64,000 nucleotides of DNA from an uncultured Hungatella sp. GTDB lineage: Bacteria > Bacillota > Clostridia > Lachnospirales > Lachnospiraceae. The stretch spans positions 21,545 to 85,544 of the forward strand of contig CATLBO010000001.1 of the NCBI GenBank assembly GCA_949879025.1, read 5' to 3'. The notes under the pieces are model-generated. The model was not told the DNA's origin. It saw only the letters and a program-made list of their open reading frames with translations, and made no database searches. Position numbers and translations under genes: made by a program. Below, in pieces: positions 44,898 to 54,528 of the stretch (positions are counted from its first letter, which is position 1; every line of letters starts with the position of its first letter).

Positions 44898-47036
44898 TTA
44901 TTCCGTCTCCCTCTCCACAGGGACAAACACCCTTTTATCCTCCGGCTCCTCTAAAGCATGCTGTCTGTTTACCGCTTCCATGGCCTCCTCACAGAACCTT
45001 TCCTGCGCACACAGGGGCGTTTTCCCCCTTCTGTCGATTTTCGCATAGCTTCCGTCCGGCTGCAGGACATGAGCCTTCATATTGTCGTCCAGCTGAATCT
45101 GCAGAATATGGATCGCTTTCTCTTTAAGCTTCTCATCCAGAACAGGGAACACGATCTCCACCCGGCGGTCCAGGTTCCTGGGCATCCAATCTGCACTCCC
45201 CATGTATACTTCAGGAAACTCGTCATTTTCAAAGTAGAAAATGCGGATATGTTCAAGGAAATTGCCTACAATGGAGCGAACCGCAATATTTTCACTAAGG
45301 TTAGGAACTCCTGATTTAAGACAGCAGATTCCCCTGACAATCAAATCAATCTTTACACCTGCACATGAAGCCTCATACAAAGCCGCTATAATATCCCTGT
45401 CACACAGGGAATTTACTTTGGCGATAATTCTTGCCTTCCTTCCTGCCCTTGCATGGTCAGTTTCCCGTTTAATCATACGAAGGAATCTTTTTCGCAGCCA
45501 GATCGGCGCCACCGCCAGCTGATTCCAGTGAAGAGGTTCCGAGTACCCAGACATCATGTTGAAAACCGCTGTAGCGTCCTCTCCAATCTGGGGATGGCAT
45601 GTAAGGATTCCGCAGTCTGTATACAGCTTTGCCGTTGAATCATTGTAATTGCCTGTGCCCAGATGGACATAACGGCGAATTCCATCTTCCTCCCGGCGCA
45701 CTACCAAGGTAATCTTAGAATGGGTTTTTAATCCCAGCAGGCCGTAGATTACATGGCATCCCGCTTTCTCCAATGTCTTAGCCCAGTTAATATTGTTCTC
45801 TTCGTCAAACCTGGCCTTTAATTCTACCAAGACAAATACCTGTTTGCCACGGTCTGCCGCCTCTGCCAGCGCAGCCACTATAGGCGAGTTGCCGCTGACG
45901 CGGTACAGCGTCTGCTTAATAGCCAGAACCTGCGGATCTCTGGCAGCTGTCTTTACAAAATCTACCACGGGATCAAAGGATTCGTATGGATGGTGCAAAA
46001 GAATGTCACCTTTCCGGATATTGGTAAAGATGTCATCCTCATTCATAAAAGCAGGGTTAGGCTGGGGAGTATATTTGGGCGCCTTCAGATGATCAAATCC
46101 ATCCATTCCGTACATCTTCATAAGGAATGTCAGATCCAGCGGGCCGCTGATGGCAAAAATATCCTCGGAATGGATATCCAGTTCCTTTTTCAGACGCTTC
46201 AGCAGACGCTTGTCTGTATTCTCCTCGATCTCCAGGCGGATCGCTTCCCCCCACCTGCGTTTCTTTAACTGCTTCTCAATTTCTTTTAATAAATCCTCAG
46301 CCTCTTCCTCGTCAATAGTCAGATCTGCATTTCTCATGATCCGAAACGGATGAGCGTCCAGGACTTCGTGCTTTACAAAAAGCGAGGAAATATTTCTCTC
46401 TATGATCTCCTCCAGCAGGATTACTACCCGTTCCTTGTCTGACGGAATCTCCACAATACGCGGAAGCACGCTGGGTACCTGAACCATGGCGAAATCCAAC
46501 TGCTCTGGCTTCTCCTTTTCTTTAATAAGCGCAGCAATATTCAGAGATTTATTGTATATCAGCGGAAAGGGCCTAGAAGAATCCACTGCCATAGGAGTCA
46601 AAACCGGATACACGTTGGAGCGGAAATATTTATCCGCAAACTCCCCTTCCTTCTCCGTCAGCTCTTCATGCCTGGCAACAATGCGAAGGCCGTTCTGCCG
46701 CAGCGCAGGAAGAAGAGAACGGTTATATGTGGAATATTGAAGCGCCACCAGGTCATGGGTTTTTTCGCCTATCTTTTCTAACTGCTCCTCAGGCTTTAAT
46801 CCTGCTATGTCCGGCTTCGAATATTTTGCGTGAACCATATCTTTTAAAGAAGCTACCCGAACCATGAAAAACTCGTCCAGGTTGGAAGCCGTTATACTTA
46901 AAAATTTCAGCCGCTCAAACAGCGGCAGGCTTTTATCTCTTGCCTCTTCCAAAATCCGATAGTCAAATTCCAGCCAGCTTAATTCTCGGTTTACATAATT
47001 TTCATACTTTATATATCGTGAATCTATCTCAGCCAC
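44898..47036 (-). CDS. ppk1: Polyphosphate kinase 1
   Basis: NRELSWLEF, SNLDEFFMVRV, LLHHPYESF, VELKARFDEENNI, KTHSK, GSADWMPRNLDRRVE. Confidence 0.95.
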   Translation of the reverse strand: MAEIDSRYIKYENYVNRELSWLEFDYRILEEARDKSLPLFERLKFLSITASNLDEFFMVRVASLKDMVHAKYSKPDIAGLKPEEQLEKIGEKTHDLVALQYSTYNRSLLPALRQNGLRIVARHEELTEKEGEFADKYFRSNVYPVLTPMAVDSSRPFPLIYNKSLNIAALIKEKEKPEQLDFAMVQVPSVLPRIVEIPSDKERVVILLEEIIERNISSLFVKHEVLDAHPFRIMRNADLTIDEEEAEDLLKEIEKQLKKRRWGEAIRLEIEENTDKRLLKRLKKELDIHSEDIFAISGPLDLTFLMKMYGMDGFDHLKAPKYTPQPNPAFMNEDDIFTNIRKGDILLHHPYESFDPVVDFVKTAARDPQVLAIKQTLYRVSGNSPIVAALAEAADRGKQVFVLVELKARFDEENNINWAKTLEKAGCHVIYGLLGLKTHSKITLVVRREEDGIRRYVHLGTGNYNDSTAKLYTDCGILTCHPQIGEDATAVFNMMSGYSEPLHWNQLAVAPIWLRKRFLRMIKRETDHARAGRKARIIAKVNSLCDRDIIAALYEASCAGVKIDLIVRGICCLKSGVPNLSENIAVRSIVGNFLEHIRIFYFENDEFPEVYMGSADWMPRNLDRRVEIVFPVLDEKLKEKAIHILQIQLDDNMKAHVLQPDGSYAKIDRRGKTPLCAQERFCEEAMEAVNRQHALEEPEDKRVFVPVERETE

Positions 47037-47039
47037 GTC

Positions 47040-48626
47040 CTAACCCCTCCTTTTCCTTTTCAGCACTGGCTTAATACCGAAAATCTCTTCAAAGAAATCC
47101 CCACAAAGCATTACCGCAAACAGTTCCAAGCTAATATCACCGTCGTATGCGGCCGTAACCACCAGTTCCCCGTTTTTCACGCTCATACGGCAGTTTTCCG
47201 TTTTCTGTCTATGGCTTCTGTCAAGGGCATTCGCCATACGCAGAAGAGCCGTCAGCTTGGCTACTCTGGTATCTTCATCTGCATAGTCAAATTCCGCCCC
47301 ATAGCAGCGGACAACATTGGCCACCAGCTTCCTCTCCTCATGGGACAAACCGATGATTTCCGTAGCCATAATAATATTATAAGCGCTGGCGCCTGTGTTC
47401 CTGGTACTGATAAATTTGCCGCAGCCGTGAAGAATAGCAGCTATCTGCAGCAGCAGACGTTCTCTGCTGCCCAATCCATGGTGTTTCTTCATTACATCAA
47501 ACAGCTGAAGGGCCAGTTTCTCCACACACTGGGCATGGCTTCCTCCACAGCGATACCTCTTTGCCATATTGCGGGCTGCTATGGGAATATCTTCATCAAA
47601 ACTGTGGGCAAAATTCAACTTCTTGATGTTCTGAGCATATTCGGATGCAATTCCGTCACACATACGGATTCCGGGTATCCATATCATCTCAGCCCCTGTC
47701 ATCTCCACCACTTTGCGGAAAATAATGGCGGCCGGCATCAAAAGGGTAGCATATCCTGCATTAACTCCGAACCGATCCTCAATCTGATCCTGTGACATCT
47801 GGCAGAGTCTGTCTGCATACGCCATAAAATCGGAAGCACTGATGCGATCCGTAGTCCCTAAACGGGTTTCTTGGGAATCGCTGCCGGCTGATGAGCCGTT
47901 CTTTCCTCTGTATGAAGCCACATAGTCCACTTCGTCTCTTGCCAGATACAGAATCAATTCCCCAATGGCAATCAAATTTTTGATGTCGCGGTTCTTCATG
48001 TCCCGATCTTTCAGATACATCTTTTTATAAGTTCCCAGTTCTTTGTCCACTACCTCTTCCACTATAGAGCGCTGCAACCGTCTGTCAGCGGGAATCTTCG
48101 ACAGGATTCCTCCGATACCCATGACCCCCAAAGGCAGGTTCTGGGTGGAAACCAGACTGTCTTTATCAAACAGGGAAATCTGCATGCTGCCAAAGCTGAT
48201 ATCTGCAATGGCGGTTCCCTTCTGGATGATTTTCTGAAATTCCGACTCCTTCATGGCAATAGCCTTGTAAGTCAGAAGCCTTTGCTCTGAGTTGCTTAAG
48301 ACTTTTACAGAAATCCCGGTTCTTACCCGTATCTGTTCCAAAATAATCTGACTGTTTTTAGCAAGGCGCATGGCCGTAGTGGCATAAGCCCGGTAATCGG
48401 ATATCTGGTAGCTTTTCATCACTGCCATAAATTCTTCCAGAATCCTGCACATTTCATCGATGAGCTCATAGCTGATTTTTCCTGTGCTGTAGGTATTTTT
48501 CCCCAATGCAATTACGTGGCGCAGATGATCGATCTGTCTTAACCCGTTTTTTGCCGTAATCTCATAGATCCCCAGTTCCAACTTAAAAGACCCCACATCA
48601 ATGGCCGCAAATAATTGTGCCGCCAT
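47040..48626 (-). CDS. ppx: Ppx/GppA-family exopolyphosphatase-like protein
   Basis: AAIDVGS, AYATTAMR, SNSEQR and a C-terminal HD-like region; directly upstream of ppk1. Some motifs are degenerate. Confidence 0.8.
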   Translation of the reverse strand: MAAQLFAAIDVGSFKLELGIYEITAKNGLRQIDHLRHVIALGKNTYSTGKISYELIDEMCRILEEFMAVMKSYQISDYRAYATTAMRLAKNSQIILEQIRVRTGISVKVLSNSEQRLLTYKAIAMKESEFQKIIQKGTAIADISFGSMQISLFDKDSLVSTQNLPLGVMGIGGILSKIPADRRLQRSIVEEVVDKELGTYKKMYLKDRDMKNRDIKNLIAIGELILYLARDEVDYVASYRGKNGSSAGSDSQETRLGTTDRISASDFMAYADRLCQMSQDQIEDRFGVNAGYATLLMPAAIIFRKVVEMTGAEMIWIPGIRMCDGIASEYAQNIKKLNFAHSFDEDIPIAARNMAKRYRCGGSHAQCVEKLALQLFDVMKKHHGLGSRERLLLQIAAILHGCGKFISTRNTGASAYNIIMATEIIGLSHEERKLVANVVRCYGAEFDYADEDTRVAKLTALLRMANALDRSHRQKTENCRMSVKNGELVVTAAYDGDISLELFAVMLCGDFFEEIFGIKPVLKRKRRG

Positions 48627-48728
48627 ACATAACTCCTCCCCTCTTCCCTCTGTTGAAATTTTTATGCTCCAGTCAGGGATATGCCTGAAAATGAAAACTC
48701 CCCCGCCCTGTTACTGTTTCCCAAGCAG

Positions 48729-48837
48729 ACCTTACATGCGCCCGGTTGCGGACGCACCACCACAAATGAAAATCTGTCGGGCGCATTTGGCATACCTGAA
48801 TTTATGCCGCCTATTCAGCGGCGGACTTTTAAAGTAA
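48729..48837 (-). repeat. Repeat family 1, copy 3 (overlaps the 3' end of the DUF815 gene)
   Basis: Minus strand TTACTTTAAAAGTCCGCCGCTGAATAGGCGGCATAAATTCAGGTATGCCAAATGCGCCCG...CGGGCGCATGTAAGGT. Confidence 0.9.
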
Positions 48838-50097
48838 ATGTGTAATAAACTGAGCCGCCGTCCTTCCCGAAAGCCCTCCATGAGCAAGCTCCCATTTATT
48901 GGCTTCCTGATATAATTCGTCCATGGGCATGGTAATTCCATGACGTTTGGCCAGAGTCTTTACGATATTTTGGAACTCCTTTTTATCCGGCGATCCAAAA
49001 TAGATGGTTACTCCGAAACGGGCTACCAAAGACAGTTTTTCCTGCACGGTGTCATTGACATGAAGCTCGTCGTCCAGTTCCCGTTTGTCACTGAACTTCT
49101 CCCGAATCAAATGCCTGCGGTTGGAGGTGGCATAAATCAAGACATTTTTCGGTTTGCGGCCAAGTCCGCCTTCAATTATGGCCTTAAGATATTTATATTC
49201 CAGCTCGCTTTCTTCAAATGACAAATCATCCATATACACAATAAACTTGTAATTCCTGTCCTGTATCTGCTCCAATATAGAAGAAAGCGCATGAAATTGA
49301 TGCTTGTACACTTCAATGATTCGCAGGCCCTGGTCATAATACTCATTTAAAATAGCCTTAATGCTGGACGATTTGCCTGTCCCTGCATCACCAAACAGCA
49401 GCACATTGTTGGCAGCCCTGCCCTGGATAAAGCATTCTGTATTTTCAATCAGCTTTTTTTTCTGCAGCTCATACCCTACAATATCATTTAAGTACACATG
49501 TTCCACATTTACCACTGGCTCAATAACCGCTTTATGACGGTCTTCTACTATACGAAATGCCTTGTTCAGTCCATACTTTCCCACGCCGAATTCCCGATAA
49601 AACTCTGTTATTGCATACTGAAATCCGTCAATATCTTCCGCCGCCTCCAAAGCCACAGAAAGCTCAATGATCCGGTCCCGGATTCGCCTGTTAAAAATCC
49701 GGCTGACCGTATCCGCAGGCTTATAGCAGGCCAGCTGGCTCCACACCGGCTCCCCTTCATTCTTTTCATCCAAAACCCGGATATCTTTTCTGTAAAGTTC
49801 CTGTATTGCCGCCAAGTCCTGCCTTGCAAGCCTGGACAAAGTCCCACCCTGATCTCCGCGGATCTCACAGGAAATGCTGTAGGCATTTTCATGATCAGCA
49901 AGGCCAAGCGCCAGAAAACAATGCCATAAATTCCCCTCAAACCCATAGTCTGCCGCCAGTTCAATCAGCTGGTTGGCAAGGGCATAAATATCCGGGCCGT
50001 CACCCTGGCCTTCTGTTTGGCAAAGCAGCTGGGCCATTTGGTCAAAAAGTTTCTGGTTTTTAAAATTCCGATATATCAGCAATCGCTTCGTGTTCAT
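48829..50097 (-). CDS. DUF815-family AAA+ ATP-binding protein
   Basis: NNVLLFGDAGTGKSS, MDDLSFE, YATSNRRHL, EKLSLVARFG, SGRTAAQF. Confidence 0.88.
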   Translation of the reverse strand: MNTKRLLIYRNFKNQKLFDQMAQLLCQTEGQGDGPDIYALANQLIELAADYGFEGNLWHCFLALGLADHENAYSISCEIRGDQGGTLSRLARQDLAAIQELYRKDIRVLDEKNEGEPVWSQLACYKPADTVSRIFNRRIRDRIIELSVALEAAEDIDGFQYAITEFYREFGVGKYGLNKAFRIVEDRHKAVIEPVVNVEHVYLNDIVGYELQKKKLIENTECFIQGRAANNVLLFGDAGTGKSSSIKAILNEYYDQGLRIIEVYKHQFHALSSILEQIQDRNYKFIVYMDDLSFEESELEYKYLKAIIEGGLGRKPKNVLIYATSNRRHLIREKFSDKRELDDELHVNDTVQEKLSLVARFGVTIYFGSPDKKEFQNIVKTLAKRHGITMPMDELYQEANKWELAHGGLSGRTAAQFITHLL

Positions 50098-50108
50098 GGC
50101 TCTGTCTC

Positions 50109-51236
50109 CTAATAATTACCCAAAATCCTCATGTTGGCAGCCTCCTCCGAGACGCTTCTCAATGCATTTTGAATAGAGGGGTCGCTTAAATTGCCTTCCA
50201 CGTCTACAAAGAACCGATACTCCCACGTTTTTCCCTGTATGGGACGGGATTCTATCATTCTCATGTTGACTCCATTGTAAATCAGGTTGCCCAGCATATT
50301 ATACAAGGTTCCGCTTCTGTGAGGAAGTTCAAAGCAAATGGTGATTCTCCCCGCATCTTTGCGGTAAATGCGGTTTTTGGAAAGGATGATAAACCGAGTA
50401 GTGTTATTCTTATTATTGTTAATGCCTTCTGCCAGCGCTTCCAAGCCATACAGCTTTCCTGCAGCCCGGCTGGCCACAGCGGCCTGACTTTTATCATGGT
50501 CGCTGATAATCTTCCTGGCAGCCATTGCCGTATTCTCCACGCTGATCTGCCGCCACCGGGGTCGTGCATTAAGATATTGGCCGGACTGCATCAGAGCCTG
50601 AGGATGAGAATATACGGTCTGAATGTCGTCAAGGGATGCCCCAGGCAGTCCAAGCAGCATGTGATTCACCGGAATGCAGATTTCCGCCACAATAACATTG
50701 TTATGACAAAGCAGCAAATCATAATTGTCACTGACAGCCCCTGCAGAAGAATTCTCAATGGGAATTACGGCATAATCTGCCTTTCCTGATTCTGCTGCCT
50801 CCATAGCCTCTTCCCATGTGTTCACATGAAAGGCATCCACATGTTCTCCAAAATAGGCAAGCGCCGCCTCATGGCTGTAGGCCCCCTCCACTCCCTGATA
50901 TACTACCCGTACTGCCTGAGAGGGGATGCTGTCTACCTGCCGAAATCCCAACCCGCCTCCTTTCCCATGCTGTTCCAGAAGGCGGTATTGATAACGGCGG
51001 CTGATAGTCATAAGCTGAGTAAACAGTTCCTGAGCTGCCTGTTGATTAAATGCTCCATGAGCCAGCTGTCTGGCTGCAGCAATTTTCGCCTGTTCCCGCT
51101 CTTTGTCAAAGACCTGCTTTCCCGTCTCAATCTTAAATTCTGCCACCTGTTCTATCAGTTTCATTCTCTGTTCAAACAGCCGGATAATCTCCTGGTCAAC
51201 CGTGTCCAGCTGGTCTCTGATTTTCATCAAATCCAT
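50109..51236 (-). CDS. pheA: Bifunctional chorismate mutase / prephenate dehydratase
   Basis: N-terminal CM (RDQLDTVD...FK), YQGVEGAYS, PIENSSAG, SHPQALMQ, NTTRF, ACT domain with IESRP. Confidence 0.93.
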   Translation of the reverse strand: MDLMKIRDQLDTVDQEIIRLFEQRMKLIEQVAEFKIETGKQVFDKEREQAKIAAARQLAHGAFNQQAAQELFTQLMTISRRYQYRLLEQHGKGGGLGFRQVDSIPSQAVRVVYQGVEGAYSHEAALAYFGEHVDAFHVNTWEEAMEAAESGKADYAVIPIENSSAGAVSDNYDLLLCHNNVIVAEICIPVNHMLLGLPGASLDDIQTVYSHPQALMQSGQYLNARPRWRQISVENTAMAARKIISDHDKSQAAVASRAAGKLYGLEALAEGINNNKNNTTRFIILSKNRIYRKDAGRITICFELPHRSGTLYNMLGNLIYNGVNMRMIESRPIQGKTWEYRFFVDVEGNLSDPSIQNALRSVSEEAANMRILGNY

Positions 51237-51240
51237 GTTT

Positions 51241-51990
51241 TTATGCTCCCTCTCTCAGTCTCTTTTCCTTTATCAGCATATCAATTATGATCTCTCTTGT
51301 ATGGGCGCCTACAAATTTCTTTTTCTCCGGCTCCAGTCCTTTGATAATAAACGGTTCTCCGAACTCAATGGTCACTTGAGAGGATTTCATTTTTGGAAAG
51401 TGCGCCTCATATACTTCCGCTGTCCCCGTAATAGCCACTGGAACCACTGGGCAGCCTGTCTTTTCGGCAATTTTTAAGCTGCCTTCCTTAAATGGAAGCA
51501 AATCCAGATAATTGTCTGCTTCATTTCTGGTCCCTTCCGGAAAAATCCAAATGGAAACGCCGTTTTTTACTTTGGAAACCCCTTCCAATATGGCTTTCAC
51601 GCCTTCACGGATATTCTCCCTGTCCAAAAAAAGGCAGTTGACATTTCTCATCCAGTTAGACAGGAGTGGGATCTTCTCCATCTCCTTCTTTGCCATAAAT
51701 CCAAGAGAAGTGGGTACTGTTGTGTATCCAACCAGAATATCAAAATAGCTTCTGTGATTGCCCACATAAAGCACCGGCTGATCCAACGGAATATTCTCAA
51801 GACCCTTTACCGTAATATGTACCCCTGCCACCTTTAAAATCCGACGGAACATGAAGCGGACAATGGCCAGGCTCTGCCTGCCTTTCTTCTCCGGGTCTGT
51901 TTTCCCAATCTGTTTCTCTAATATGAGAATAGGAATACTGAAGATTAAAAACAGAATAACCATAGATGCAACCAGAATAAATTTCAGCAT
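51241..51990 (-). CDS. plsC: 1-acyl-sn-glycerol-3-phosphate acyltransferase
   Basis: NHRSYFD (HX4D), FLDR, FPEGTR. Confidence 0.92.
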   Translation of the reverse strand: MLKFILVASMVILFLIFSIPILILEKQIGKTDPEKKGRQSLAIVRFMFRRILKVAGVHITVKGLENIPLDQPVLYVGNHRSYFDILVGYTTVPTSLGFMAKKEMEKIPLLSNWMRNVNCLFLDRENIREGVKAILEGVSKVKNGVSIWIFPEGTRNEADNYLDLLPFKEGSLKIAEKTGCPVVPVAITGTAEVYEAHFPKMKSSQVTIEFGEPFIIKGLEPEKKKFVGAHTREIIIDMLIKEKRLREGA

Positions 51991-52023
51991 AGTTTTCTCC
52001 CTCTTTTCATCCCTTTATTATAT

Positions 52024-52065
52024 AAAAAGAAAGGCGCAAATACAAGTCTAAGCGCCTTTCTTTTT
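52024..52065. terminator. Terminator hairpin overlapping the end of the upstream gene
   Basis: AAAAAGAAAGGCGC...GCGCCTTTCTTTTT. Confidence 0.75.
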
Positions 52066-52551
52066 TGTAATTTGTTCGAATAGAAGTCCCGTTATAAACC
52101 ACAAAGGAGCAAAGTCCAGGCGGATCAGTCCATCGACATTAGAGTGAAGCCCGCTGTAATCCCAGGGACAGACTCCCCCGGCCTTTAGCAGCATGCCAAA
52201 CAGATACTCTGCCATGAAAATAAGAACCATGTAAAGCATTCCATGGCGGAGGATTCGGTCTGCTGCTGCCAGCACTTCCCCTGGCCTTATCTGAAGCCAC
52301 CTGTCTACCACCTGGCCGATAGGAGACAGTAATGCTCCCAGACCATAGATAGGAAACATTAAAAGAGAAGTACTTCCCATAAGCCTCCAGTCATGTGCAG
52401 CCATGGAACCTACAGAGGTAAAAATCACCTCTAGGCACCAGCCTGCTATTCCACATTTAAAAAAGTTTTTTCCCAGTTCTTTTATCTTATATGCTGTCTT
52501 CATGAAAGCAGTATGCGTGGAATAGGGGAAATTTATGCGCATTCCATCCAT
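52048..52551 (-). CDS. Small membrane protein (putative ABC permease / CmpB-TMEM229-like)
   Basis: GWCLEVIF, FPIYG, EYLFG, CPWDYS, GLIRLDFAPLW. Start uncertain. Confidence 0.75.
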   Translation of the reverse strand: MDGMRINFPYSTHTAFMKTAYKIKELGKNFFKCGIAGWCLEVIFTSVGSMAAHDWRLMGSTSLLMFPIYGLGALLSPIGQVVDRWLQIRPGEVLAAADRILRHGMLYMVLIFMAEYLFGMLLKAGGVCPWDYSGLHSNVDGLIRLDFAPLWFITGLLFEQITKKKGA

Positions 52552-52566
52552 AAGAATTTGATTCTT

Positions 52567-54093
52567 CTACAGCAGCGGCGATAAAAGCCTGCTGCACTGC
52601 TCCTTAATCCGAATCCACATACTCCTTTGTTCATACCGTTCTTTTGTCACCTCCTGGCAGTGATCTAAATCCTTTCTAAAAGCCGCTTCCATTTTTCCTG
52701 TGGTTTCCTGATCAAAAATGGTGGCATTCACTTCAAAATTCAGCTCAAAGCTGCGGATATCCATGTTGCCCGTCCCGCAGCTGCATACCAGTCCGTCAGC
52801 CATAACGCCTTTGGCATGGAGGAACCCTCCTTTATAAACATAGCATCTTGCACCAACTGCCAGAAGATCGCCCACATAGGAATAGGATGCCCAGTACACA
52901 AACGGATGATCCGGTTTGCAGGGAATCATCAGACGAACATCCACGCCTGCCTCCGCTGCCATCTTAAGCGCCGAAAGAACCGCATCATCTGGCACAAAAT
53001 AGGGGGTCTGAATATAAATATGGTCTTTTGCCTTATTAAACAGCTGAAGGTAATTGTTGCGGATCTGGCGGTTGCTGGCATCAGGACCGCTGCTGATAAT
53101 CTGCACCTCCACATCATGTTTGCCGCTGTCAGGAAATGTCTCCCGTTCTTTCACCTGTACCGCCTGATCCAATCCAAAATACCATCCTTCTTTAAAAAGG
53201 TTTTCCCCTGCCGCATAATTCCAGTCCAAAGCGAAACGGATCTGCAGGCTGTAAACAGCGCTGCCCCGGATCTTTAAGTGGGTATCCCGCCAGTAGCCGA
53301 ACTTCGGATCTTTTGAGATATACTCACGGCCAATATTAAAGCCGCCTACGTATCCCGCTTTGCCGTCAATAACCACAATTTTCCTATGGTTGCGGTAATT
53401 AACCCTCAGCTGCAGCCGTCCTAAAAAAGCGGGGAAAAATTCTCCCACCATGACGCCGCTGCTTTCCAGGTCCTTCCACACCCGTTTCGGCATAAATCTG
53501 CCGCCCATGCCGTCATAGAGAATACGCACCTCTACTCCCTGGGCCACCTTTTCCTTTAGAACTGGTATCATTCTCTGAAACACTTCATCATTCTTGATAA
53601 TGTAATATTGAATGTGGATATATTTCTGAGCCTTTTTCATCTCAGCAATCAAGTCATCAAACTTTTCAACCCCATCAGTAAAAATCTCTACCTGGTTGTC
53701 TCCCGTAAGCACCGCTCCGGAAGTTTCCATATTGTATTTCACCAGATTCTCGTATTCTCTGTAACGGGGATCTGTAAGCCACACATCCCTCTTTGCGATC
53801 GCTTCCTCCTGAGACTTTACCGTATACTTAAACCGGTCTTCTACCTCCTTAACCCGGAACATCTTATTTTTGCGGTAATCCTGGCAGAGAAGGAGATACA
53901 GAAAGAAGCCAAAAATCGGCACAAAATAAAGCGCCAGCAGCCATGTCCACACTGCCTTTGGATCTCTTCTCTGAAAGAAAACAATAACTACAGACAGGAC
54001 AAGATTAATATACAGAAGATGCTCCATCATCCATCCCCATGCTGCAAACATCTGCCTGGGTATTTCCACCAGAATATCAAGGATCGCTTCCAT
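52567..54093 (-). CDS. cls: Cardiolipin synthase
   Basis: Two N-terminal TM helices and two HKD motifs (NHRKIVVIDG, LHAKGVMADG), NMDIRSFELNFE. Confidence 0.94.
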   Translation of the reverse strand: MEAILDILVEIPRQMFAAWGWMMEHLLYINLVLSVVIVFFQRRDPKAVWTWLLALYFVPIFGFFLYLLLCQDYRKNKMFRVKEVEDRFKYTVKSQEEAIAKRDVWLTDPRYREYENLVKYNMETSGAVLTGDNQVEIFTDGVEKFDDLIAEMKKAQKYIHIQYYIIKNDEVFQRMIPVLKEKVAQGVEVRILYDGMGGRFMPKRVWKDLESSGVMVGEFFPAFLGRLQLRVNYRNHRKIVVIDGKAGYVGGFNIGREYISKDPKFGYWRDTHLKIRGSAVYSLQIRFALDWNYAAGENLFKEGWYFGLDQAVQVKERETFPDSGKHDVEVQIISSGPDASNRQIRNNYLQLFNKAKDHIYIQTPYFVPDDAVLSALKMAAEAGVDVRLMIPCKPDHPFVYWASYSYVGDLLAVGARCYVYKGGFLHAKGVMADGLVCSCGTGNMDIRSFELNFEVNATIFDQETTGKMEAAFRKDLDHCQEVTKERYEQRSMWIRIKEQCSRLLSPLL

Positions 54094-54149
54094 TTTCCAC
54101 CCCTCCTTAACTCATCTTCTGAAGGTATGGTTCCCTTAAATGCTCATTG

Positions 54150-54329
54150 TTACACAAACATATTTTTTTCGGAATCATATCGGTAGTCAATCCTGCCAAG
54201 GCTCTCTTCTATATCCTTTTGCTCCAGATCCAAAGATCTGCAGCATTCTTCCAGAGACGGATAGAAATCCCTTAACTGAGTGTTCATATAGCTTAACAGC
54301 ATTGCCGGATCTTTCGGAATCTTATTCAT
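54150..54329 (-). CDS. Small DUF4250-like protein (59 aa; absent from the ORF track)
   Basis: Manually translated MNKIPKDPAMLLSYMNTQLRDFYPSLEECCRSLDLEQKDIEESLGRIDYRYDSEKNMFV*, with an AGGAGG RBS. Confidence 0.85.
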   Translation of the reverse strand: MNKIPKDPAMLLSYMNTQLRDFYPSLEECCRSLDLEQKDIEESLGRIDYRYDSEKNMFV

Positions 54330-54528
54330 ATAATTTGCCTCCTAGCTTTTATTGGATGTATAAGCCGCACTTAACCGGATTATGATAAATGCAGCTTTCG
54401 CTTAAGTTACCTGGCTGAAAAACAGTTACACTAATTTTACCTGCTTTGAGAAAATTCGTCTAGCTATTTCCAAAGATTTATGATAATGTTTATACATGTG
54501 AAAACAAACACAAAGGAGCGCAAGCCTT

